A DNA stretch of 64,000 nucleotides from Anthoceros angustus (lineage: Eukaryota > Plantae > Anthocerotophyta), in the NCBI GenBank assembly GCA_010909165.1, contig VJWM01000255.1, forward strand, positions 62,001 to 126,000, written 5' to 3'. Under the pieces are notes generated by a model. It ran no database searches and was not told where the DNA came from. It saw only the letters and a program-made list of their open reading frames with translations. The position numbers and the translations under genes were made by a program. This document shows, piece after piece, positions 35,750-44,917 of the stretch (position 1 is its first letter; each line of letters starts with the position of its first letter).

Positions 35750-36375
35750 AGGTCAAGACCAACTTGTCTTGACAATACAAGTTGGTGGTGTGCCCGTACC
35801 AAAGGCCTCTCGGATTGATGATGAAGTTCATCAAAACATTCTCCAAAGAAGGAGATAGGATTCTGGACTGTTGCGCAAGAAGTCGGACTACAACACTGGC
35901 AGCATTGCTTTCTGGACGCAATTGTATTGCCATAGAAGCTGACCTCCTCTGTACTGGTTATATCCCACAATGCATCCATGGTTTCGAGGTTTTGCCAGAC
36001 TAGAAAGAGGAGCTCACATTTGATGCCCAGCGGAGAGGAGCAGCACAGTTCTGGGCCAAAGAGGTTTGTATAAGTGAAAAAAATTGTTTGAAGGCTCAGG
36101 TTGTTCCCCTTAGTGCAAGGAGGATGAAAACGCAAACAGGTGACTTGCTGGAGGAAGGATAACAAACCCTGGATACTGTATGGTAGTCTGCGGGTGGTGG
36201 GGACAAGGAGGAAGGAGACAACGAAGAGGATGAAGACGCGAAGGCTTTGGCAGAAACTGACAACTTTGACGCAGTAGAATTGGAACGCATGCGCAACCTA
36301 ACAGTTGTTTTAGATTCAGAAGCCACCCAAGCCCAATATGTGTCTCAGATCAGTCCGCATGAGCGATCTTTGTAG
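35750..36375 (+). pseudogene. Decayed beta-class N4-cytosine/N6-adenine DNA methyltransferase (N6_N4_Mtase C-terminal half) with an acidic tail
   Basis: 'VVCPYQRPLGLMMKFIKTFSKEGDRILDCCARSRTTTLAALLSGRNCIAIEAD' aligns with the consensus P-x-QKP--L---LI---S--GD-VLDPF-GSGTT--AA---GR--IGIE-D. The frame continues through TAG/TAA stops into an E/D-rich tail. Confidence 0.75.
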
Positions 36376-36549
36376 AGGGAAGACTATTTTTGGCAGACAC
36401 AAGAGGTTTTTGAAACTGTGAGATCCTGATTTCCTTTGAGTACTTGTGAGAAACCATAGCCGTGGGCAAAGAAGTTACTGGGCTGCGCCAACTAAGAACC
36501 TTTTGTTTCATTCAATTTTGAATCTGTAGTTTTCCGCTAAGAAGAGTTT

Positions 36550-37075
36550 CTAGCATGGTCCAGTTGACAATGGAATCGCCATAATGCGCAATTCTGGAAC
36601 GGTGTCTTTTTTGTGAAGGGGGTTTCGGAAGTGTGGAACGGGGTTCGTTATTAACCCCCTTCCAAGATTATCGTGTTTCACGTTCTTCCTGTTCATGGGC
36701 CTTAGGCTCTTGTAGAGATGTTTGCCCCTGACCAGGTCTGTAGGTTCACTGACCTGGTCCCTTTTGCCTTTAGGTAGAGCCTTCATGGCTGTGTGGCATC
36801 GATAGCTCTGCTGCTTGGAAGCATGACACACTCAACCTGGCACTATTGTATTTCCACTACTAGACTTTTCTGGAAAGAATCTCATCAGCCATTTTCTCAA
36901 AGTCCCAAGGACCTTCAATATCTGCTCTTACGGTGGACTCAAGCAACCTTTTGATTTCCAGAGGCTCTTGCCAAAAATTCCCAATCACTGGGTTCATAAA
37001 CTTGCACATGGCCTAGTGAAACCTCTTCTTCAGTTTCTGTGTGAGTGTGTACCTTCAACTACCCATCTTGCACAA
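36550..37075 (-). mobile_element. Degenerate transposon accessory ORF, possibly CACTA TnpA/PTTA-like
   Basis: Stop-riddled frame 'KLKKRFH*AMCKFMNPVIGNFWQEPLEIKRLLESTVRADIEGPWD...'. The resemblance is weak. Confidence 0.3.
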
Positions 37076-37289
37076 CAAAAACACTTAGGCCAGTCAAAGT
37101 AAAGGTCAAATTAAACCAGACAACAACCTGGAATGAATTGGACTGACAAGTGGCTTCGTCGAGATCTGAGGTAGGGACTTAATAGTGCTCGTCCCTATCA
37201 ACCTTGGGCTTGGTAGCCCCATCGAGCTCGCGATCGGCCTCCATATGCATGCCATGGTGAACCTATGTTGCACCTTCCGCCCGAACTCG

Positions 37290-37845
37290 CAGCCTTTGCA
37301 CTATGTGCAAGGAGAGCAAAGGAGCTGCTAGGGATGTTGCCTATGTCCACACCTTGGTTGCTAGCATGGAGATCTCTGTGAATCAATATCAAAGTTTGTT
37401 GGAGATGTTCAACAACATTGATGACTTGGAGAACTATAGGTAACTTCAACATGTACGTCGCCCGACAGCCTAGCTAGGAAGGCCTCGTGCTGTTTTGTCT
37501 CCGTTTGTCGTATGCAGCAATCCTGCTGCTTGGATTGGGACCTGTAGAACTATCAATAAGCCACGGCTAATGAATGCCATGAAGAGGGACAAGGATGTGC
37601 ATCTCTGACAACGGCTTGTCACAAAACCCTCTAGATTTGTCACATTAAGTGAGAATTCCACCATAGATTTAAAATGGCGTTGCATTGTGTAGATAGCAGC
37701 TTTCATGCAACCCTTCGGGGCCAAGGGTAATGGGGGACGACGAAAGTTTGAGGGTGTCCAGTAGCTCAGGATAGCAAGACTACGGGGACTTGGAGAAGGA
37801 CGTGCTAGCTTTGCAGAAAATCAATATAACACTGTTGTTCATGCC
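37290..37845. pseudogene. EF-hand gene fragment (+, 37290-37752) fused directly to an MTPSL fragment (-, 37753-37845)
   Basis: A copy of ~22298-22752 is followed by ggtgtccagtagctcagg...ggggacttggagaaggac...gttcatgcc, which matches 31452-31553. Confidence 0.85.
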
Positions 37846-38240
37846 TTTGCATGTTCATTCTAATCAAAACTTGTGGCCGCATATCCCTTTTTGGTTGCAC
37901 TCGCCCAATCGATTTTTTTGGGAATGGATAGGGTAAAAAGAAGAGAGAATAAATGTACACATACGTTTTTACATTCATAATTAAAAAAAAGAACTAAAAG
38001 CCGGGTACAGCAGCAAGTCTTAAATTCCTAACAGACCTCGGCTCCCGCCTCGAACGCGTCTCGGCCCCAGACTCGGCCGCTCCCGTACGCCAGCGAACGG
38101 ACGCGCGTCGGGGCGCACAGCCTAAAACGGTCGAGGCCGTTAGTTCTCGGCAATGACGCCTTTCCACGCGCCCGTTCCCTAATACATTGCATTTCTTGCT
38201 TGTTCTCAATCTGGATAGTACAGAAGTAGCTGCAGAAAGC

Positions 38241-39512
38241 TTATGCCCAGAAGCCGCCGTCATACCACCCACCCAGAACTTCATCCAGTCGATACCGTTT
38301 GATCCCGATATGCCAACTCATATATCCCTGAAAGAATTTCACAATCCTGTCCTTGATTGCATCAGAACCCGTCCTATCGGCCAGGGCCATCACTCTTGTC
38401 CTCGCCAGGATGACAGCCTCCACTCTGTCCCGAAGAGATTGAAGAAGCGGCAGGCTGTGAATCCTGGAGTGGCTCACAATGCCGATGGCGTCCTCTCCTT
38501 GCTGTAGCTCCTTGTAGAAGGACAACACATCGTTGCCGAAGTCGAAACAATCCATGAGGTCGGGGACCATCGGATACAGGCTGTTGTAAAAGAAGCGGTC
38601 ATCTTGCGACGCAGAGTCCGAGGACGATGGTTGCATGATGACGAAGTATGCGTAGACCTCAGCTATGCCAGACTTGTAGCGAAAGAACCTGGGGAGCTGA
38701 GGCATGTCAGCAGTGTACTCAATCGGATGCTCCTCATAGTGCTGCTCCTGCAGGTTGGCCTCCATGAAGTCGAACATGGCCTTGATCATGAGGCTGTGCA
38801 GCCGGATGTCCGTGGGCAAGAAGGGGTTCTGGTCCGTCTTGAGGAAGACGATGAATTTCTCCAGCACCTCGTGCAGGTCGCCCCGGCCGGGGTACCGCCT
38901 CGCATATCCCTCTGGGTCGGTGAACTTCATCTGAAACAAGCGCAAGTCCTCCAGGTATCTCTCTCGAGCCGCCCCTTTCAGCTTCCCTGCCAGATCGTCC
39001 ACGAATATGGCCAGAGCCGTGAAATGTCCGATCTTTGCTTGCAGGTCGACCGGGTGGAAGCTATATGTTAGATTTCCAAAGCCAGCGGCCGCTTTGATTA
39101 ACCCTTCCGGCAGGTGGGATCCGCCGTTTGCTTTCAGCCCTGCGGCGACGGTGTCCAGCAGGTCAGGGTAGCAGAACTGCGGGGACTTGGAGAAGGACAC
39201 GCTTTGCAGGAAATCAATATACACACGCCTCAGCACGCTGGTGTTCATGCCACCGCCACCTTCATCTCTCATGAACGGCCTGCCAACGGGAGCAGGCTTG
39301 GCAGGAACAGCAGCCCCGCCCTGGCATCTTACACAAACAGAAGGAGAGCTAAACCACGTTGCCTTCCAGGCCTTGTACTTCAAGGTAGAAGAAACTGGAA
39401 GTCTCCAGCCCAAAGAAATCGCAGCGCGTTGTTGTAGGAAAGCCACTGCTGTGCAGCTGCTGCTACTAGTAGCGATACACCTCACACGCGGGCTTAACCT
39501 GCACACATCCAT
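38241..39512 (-). CDS. Microbial terpene synthase-like protein (trichodiene-synthase fold), intronless, 423 aa; MTPSL copy 2
   Basis: Same DDL, RYKSG, NDVLSFYKE and RYRL motifs as copy 1. The core from MNTSVL onward differs from copy 1 at about 7 residues. A TATA-like GTATATAT lies about 100 bp upstream on the minus strand. Confidence 0.92.
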   Translation of the reverse strand: MDVCRLSPRVRCIATSSSSCTAVAFLQQRAAISLGWRLPVSSTLKYKAWKATWFSSPSVCVRCQGGAAVPAKPAPVGRPFMRDEGGGGMNTSVLRRVYIDFLQSVSFSKSPQFCYPDLLDTVAAGLKANGGSHLPEGLIKAAAGFGNLTYSFHPVDLQAKIGHFTALAIFVDDLAGKLKGAARERYLEDLRLFQMKFTDPEGYARRYPGRGDLHEVLEKFIVFLKTDQNPFLPTDIRLHSLMIKAMFDFMEANLQEQHYEEHPIEYTADMPQLPRFFRYKSGIAEVYAYFVIMQPSSSDSASQDDRFFYNSLYPMVPDLMDCFDFGNDVLSFYKELQQGEDAIGIVSHSRIHSLPLLQSLRDRVEAVILARTRVMALADRTGSDAIKDRIVKFFQGYMSWHIGIKRYRLDEVLGGWYDGGFWA

Positions 39513-40629
39513 GCTGTGCAAAGGATTGAAGATACAAGTAACAAAAAAAACCCGTCAGCAGCGCAAAAGAGGTGGCTCCCGTTCTCTCGTCCGCCACTGG
39601 AAGGGCACATATATACTAGCTCTTAGCAAGTAGTCTCGTTCTCGTGCTTCGAGAAAGAATTATTATTCCCGGGAATTTTGGATTTCGCTTCTTTAACGGA
39701 GCGGTGCGCTCTACCTTTCGGGTCATGGTGGTGGTGTTCACTTGATCTTGTTCGGGCTATGATCCACTTGGATCCTTTTCGGGCTATGGTGGTGGTGTTA
39801 AACCGGATCTCTTTGTGCGGAGCTTCTCCCTGTGGCCGAGAACTTCCTTGATCTCTTGGTTTCTATGGTGGTGGAGCAAGGAGTTCACACGTGGATCTCT
39901 TTGGGCGGAGCTTCTCCATTGGATTCTACGCCTGAGAACTTCCTTGAATCCCGTTCCAGACTTTATGGTGGTGGTGTTCTTTTGTATGGTAGATGTTTCT
40001 CACTTCTCAAAACATGTACAAGCAAAGGCCTTTTCATGCCTTTTGTTTTCGCTCTGCAAAGGTCTATGATGAACCCTATCCTATCTGGCCTAGGTGTAGC
40101 AAAACATACACTACGTGGGCATGGGGCGTGTCCGGCCTAGGTGTAACCAAACATACTATGTGGGCATGGGGCGTATCATGAAGATGCCCCATGCAAATGG
40201 CTATGGCGGTGGTGTTCCCCCATATCCCTTTGTACATACGGAGATTGTGTATTGGATTTTGTGACATGTAAAGTGAAATAATTTGATCGAGATAATATTT
40301 ACCGTAGACTGTATAAGGTATGACGGTGTCCTTTCACAGCAAAAGGCGAGCCTCTCCACACATGCCCTCCTCCACTTCCCCTCTGGGATGGAATGAGGCC
40401 TCAATCCGCCGTAGATCGGTGTAAGCAACGCCCCGTTCCTTATATCCGTTTCTTTCCCGTGACCACGGTTCTGCCTGGTTTGGACGTTTTCTCAACCATC
40501 CCTTGCCTCCTGCCCCGCGCTGGATGCGCCTTTTCATAGTGAAGTACGCAAACCATAGCTTTCTGCTTCGAATATCGGGAGCACACGAAACTAATGGGGC
40601 ATCCCGCCTCACGGTGAGCACGCTCCTCG

Positions 40630-42305
40630 TCGCTGGCTTAAGTCTTGTGAATTGTGCCCCGCAGAGCAGCAAGTTGGGAGCCTGGTCGCGGCTGCAGAGG
40701 CCAGAAGTGCTGCGGACCTTTAGGGTGGGTCTTGCGGCCCGCCCGACCCAGCCTCTTTGGTATACCCTTGGAGCGGGCAGCAGCACATTTTCTTGCATCT
40801 AGCAGGCTGAAAGAATCAAGGCGGATTTGGACGCAGTCAACTCTGTTGTTTCCAAGGGAGCATCAAGGTGCCTCTTCAAGTACATCTCCGTTGAGCTACT
40901 AGGTCTCCAGCAGCAGCAGCGTGAACCTTCTCCTTATTCTGAGTTTTCGCCAACAGCTTTCACAATGAGGAGTCATGACCAGAAGGAGGAATGAGGAGAG
41001 CGGTTGCTGCAGGCTATGTCGGATGGCCATGGGTGGCAGCCTTGGTGGCCTGGTGACTGTGGAGACCCATATGGCCCCGCTAGCGACCAGGTTGTCCTTG
41101 CCTTGCCCTTGCCCTTGCCCGAGTTTCTTCAGGATGCATTGAACACAGCCTTCTGGCAAGGTCACGAATGTGTGCAGCAATTCGCCAGTGAGAGGTCTCT
41201 GACCATGTATGTACGTACGTATTTTATTTTAACCGTATAGTTTGACCTTTGTCGCTTCATATCGTTTTAGGGTTTACCGTTCAGCCATGGTACGAACCGA
41301 GTGGTGAGTGGGTGTCCGAACCGGCGGTGATGTGGAGAAACCGGAGAGAAGGGGGAGAGAAACGAATGAGATAAAAGTAAAAGGTTTTTAATTTAAAAAT
41401 TAAAGTAGTAAAAAGTAAAATATATTTATTATTTCATCTCAATTCAACCAAATAATGGAGAATTTGCAGATAATTTAATTTATAAATCAGGTAGATCTAA
41501 ACTAAATTACACCCCACTACATTAGTTAACTACATGCCACATCGTCTTTGTTGTAGTTCATGTTGTTCAAATTTGTCCAATTAGTTCATCTAGTTCAAAT
41601 TTATCACACGGCCAACGAGCAGCAGAGCTGCAATTCAACTAGACCCAAACCGTCAGGGGTGCTTAGTGTATATCGATTTCTCACTTTAGGATTGATATGG
41701 TGACAACTTTCATGGCATCTATTCCAACTCACCGTTTATCACCCATCAACTAAGGCTCTGTCGGATGAGTGGCATCCTCAATGGCCTAGCTAGTGACTTC
41801 GGAGACCCATTTGAGCCCTACCAGGTTGCCGTTTCCCTTGCCCTTCAAGCCCTGGCCCGAACTTCTTCCGATTTGAGAAATAGGATGCATAGACTACAAC
41901 CTGCTGGCAAGCGCAAGCCCAGAATGTGCGCAACAACTAATAGAGCAATTTACGCACAGCACAATTTCCAGCTGTAATTCCAAGGCTTTGGAGCAAGGGA
42001 GCATAGCCTTTGCAACATGCGCAAGGACAGCAAAGCAGCTAGGGATGTTGTCTACATCCACACCTTGGTTACAAGCGTGGGGGCCTCTATGAAGGAGTAG
42101 CAAAGGTTGTTGGAGGTGTTTGACTTGGAGAACCTTGGGTAACTTCAACATGTACATTGCCCGGCAGCCTAGCTAGGAAGGCCTCTTGCTGTTTTATCTC
42201 CATTTGCTTCATGCAGCAATCCTGTTGCTATTGGGACCTGCAGAACTATCAGCAAGCCACGACTAATGGATGCCAGCAGCTCAGCGTAGCAGGACTACCG
42301 GGACT
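40630..42305 (+). pseudogene. EF-hand gene fragments (40630-41203 and 41755-42272) split by an AT-rich MITE-like insert, ending in a ~30-bp MTPSL remnant (42273-42305)
   Basis: DNA identity to 21680-22830. ccagcagctcagcgtagcaggactaccggg matches MTPSL ccagcagctcagggtagcagaactgcggg. Confidence 0.78.
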
Positions 42306-42496
42306 CAATTCATTTCAATTGTGGCGCTTTCTGTCGCATGTCCCTTTTTGGTTGCACTTTCATAGCTTAGGCACACCACAAAGTCTTACGTTCAAGTATG
42401 TGTCCAGCTTCTCGTGTGGCTTACCGAGATGGTCCCCACCACCAAAGTTGTTACATTTTTTTTTATATTTCTCATGGTGAGGGAAAACACTAGCTG

Positions 42497-42888
42497 AGAG
42501 AAGAAGAAGAAGAAGAATTTTATTTAAGTCCACTAAGGACGGATTTCCATCATGGGACTTGGTACTTAACAACTTATATCATGGTGTCCTTAGTGGACGG
42601 ATTTCCATCATGGGACTTGGTACTTAACAACTTATATCATGGTGTGTCTAAGCTACTTGCACCAAGGGCATCCACTCCCTTTAGGCACCCCATCTAAGTA
42701 CCGATCCAAGCTCAGGATGCTTAATCACGACGTTCTTATAAATGTGTCCATTGGCTTAAGCCATTTGGACGAGCACCAAGGGCATCCACTCCCTTTAGGC
42801 ACCCCATCTAAGTACCGATCCAAGCTCAGGATGCTTAATCACAGCGTTTTTATAAATGTGTCCATTTGGCCTAAGCCATTTGGACGAG
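42497..42888 (-). mobile_element. Copy of the (TTC)n-tailed retroposon-like repeat, with internal 58-bp and 114-bp duplications
   Basis: Reverse complement of 3031-3235 (gaagaagaagaattttatttaagtccactaaggacggatttccatcatgggac...ccatttggac). Duplicated units start at 42537/42595 and 42659/42773. Confidence 0.85.
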
Positions 42889-42950
42889 CTGTGGAGAGTC
42901 TACCTAGTGAGCTTGTTCTTGATTCAAGGCATTAACTAGTTGAGTACTAC

Positions 42951-43055
42951 AGACTCAAGTGTGTATTCTGTCACCAATTGGGCATACATAGCCAGACTCA
43001 AGTGTGTATTCGGTCACGAGTTGGGTATACATAGCCAGACTCAAGTGTGTACTCT
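42951..43055. repeat. 43-bp tandem repeat (~2.4 copies) that replaces the 3' end of MTPSL copy 3
   Basis: agactcaagtgtgta occurs at 42951, 42994 and 43037. Confidence 0.85.
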
Positions 43056-43104
43056 TTGACCCATTGAACGTAGACTGACCAATTGGGTGGAGATGCCACA
43101 GCGC

Positions 43105-43928
43105 CCCAGGAGGAACCTGGGGAGCTGTGGCATGTCAGCATTGTACTCGATGGGATGCTCCTCGTAGTGCTGCTCGTGAAGGTTGCCCTCAATGAAGTCG
43201 AATACGACTTGATCATGAGGGTGTGCAGCCGGAGCTCCGTGTGGAAGACGGGGTTCTGGTCCGGACGTCTTGACGTAAACCATGTATTTCTCCAGAGCAT
43301 CGTGCAGGTCCCCCCGGCCGGGGCACCGCCTCGCGTATCCCTCTGGATCGGTGAACTTCGAAAAAAGAGAATTCATCCGGAACAAGCGCATCTCCTCCAG
43401 GTATCTCTCTCGCGCCGCCCCTCTCAGCTTCCTTGGCAGATCTTCCACCATCATGGACCCATCGACCTGCAAGCCAAGATCGGACATTTCACGGCTCTGG
43501 TGGAAGCTGCATACAAGAGTCCCCAAGCCAGCTCCAGTTTTGATGTACTCTTCCGGCAGGTGGGATCCGCCGTTTGCTGTCACCCGTGCGGCCACGGTGT
43601 CCAGCAGCTCAGGGTAGCAGGACTCCCGGGAATTCGAGAAGGACATCCTCTGCAGGAAATCCGTGTACACCTGCGTCAGTACGCTGGTGTTTATGCTATG
43701 GCCACCGTCATCGAGGATCACCGGCCTGCCAGCGGCAGCGGCCCCGGCCTGGGATCTGATACAAACAGAAATACACGTCGTCTGGGGCTTGTGGTTCAAG
43801 CTGGAAGAAAGTGGACGTCTCAAGACCGAAGAATTCGAAGCGCCTTGTTGTAACAAAGCCACTGCTCTGCAGCTGCTGCTACTGGTACCCACACACCCCA
43901 GACTCGCTGTAAACACGTACAGATCCAT
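43105..43928 (-). pseudogene. MTPSL copy 3, pseudogene (micro-inversion, DD changed to ED, frameshift, 3' truncation)
   Basis: MDLYVF...NTSVLTQVYTDFLQ...CYPELLDTVAA...GGSHLPE...FTDPEGYARRCPGRGDLH...HYEEHPIEYNADMPQLPRFL, then lost. The NSE and RY motifs are missing. Confidence 0.9.
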
Positions 43929-44209
43929 CCTGGGCCCAAGAACTGAACATTCAAGTAACAAACAGCCCTTTTCAGCACACAAGAGACTGCTGCTGTTGTC
44001 TCGTTTGCCACTTTGGTGGGGAGACTCCTCCAATCCTAGGCCGTAGAATGGTGTTGGCCTAGGCCTACGTAATCTCACTTATTTTTATACTGCTGGAGGA
44101 AGTCTTAGAGGATATGCTCAAACAGTATCTTGGCAAGCACGTCCAAGGTTTTGGACAGACATGATTCCCAGGAATTTCCCTTTCGAGTGTCCCCGACTGA
44201 TATGAAGCA

Positions 44210-44390
44210 TTTCCGTCATGGACTTGGTACCCCACAACTTGTACCATGGTGTGCCTAAGCTAATTGCTCAAGGGCATCTTTGCCCTCTGGCACCCCATCT
44301 AAGTACCCATCTAGATCTAAACGTAGGCAAATGCTTAACAGCTACGGTTATTATTATAAATGTGTGACCATTTGGCCTAAGTCATTTGGC
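44210..44390 (-). mobile_element. Diverged copy of the (TTC)n-tailed repeat family
   Basis: ggacttggtac...caacttgtaccatggtgtgc...ggcaccccatctaagtacc...catttggcctaagtcatttgg. Confidence 0.75.
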
Positions 44391-44917
44391 CACTAGACTT
44401 TATTGCAGACCCGACTGATGACTTATAGTGTCCATCCAATCCTTCATTGACTTTAGGCAGGTTATGCCAAGTTCTAATCACATCGTATCAATCGAGGTCT
44501 CACCGACACGAAACTCCTGAACAACTCTAACTGCCTTAATAATGAATCGTCCTGCAGCCATGGGGTCCTGTGCGACTCAGGAGGTCTCACACAAAAGCCA
44601 GGACGACCTGCAACAGGGACGGTCCAGGGCACAGGAAAAAGCACGAGATGTCCTACAGTTCCTCGTGTTTTTTTTTGCTATGAATCTGTACACACGTTAG
44701 ATAGGCTATTTCAACACAGCTCTGCGCAAGAGCACAAACAGAGCACACAAAGTCTGCAGCACTGAGACAGTTCCTCGTATTCTAGTGTTTCGATTCCAGT
44801 GCCAGGCTATATAAAGTAGATGATTTAGTTTCAGTTCTCTTTACACTCAGGACCTGAAAACCAGGACATCACCGTCCCGCGCAAGGTCCGTTGATTCTTG
44901 ATTCTACACGATGTGGC

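Noticed and set aside
37920-38180. Possible MULE-type MITE downstream of MTPSL2 (GGGAATGG...CCGTTCCC)
   Set aside because: The terminal match is short and imperfect, and no target-site duplication is visible.
30543-39512. MTPSL genes as fungal contamination
   Set aside because: They are interleaved with fragments of the adjacent spliced host gene and with plant TEs, carry plant-like N-terminal extensions, and include decayed paralogues.
42951-43055. 43-bp repeats (and the 39- and 54-bp repeats) as a CRISPR array
   Set aside because: They are head-to-tail copies with no unique spacers and no cas genes, in a eukaryotic context.
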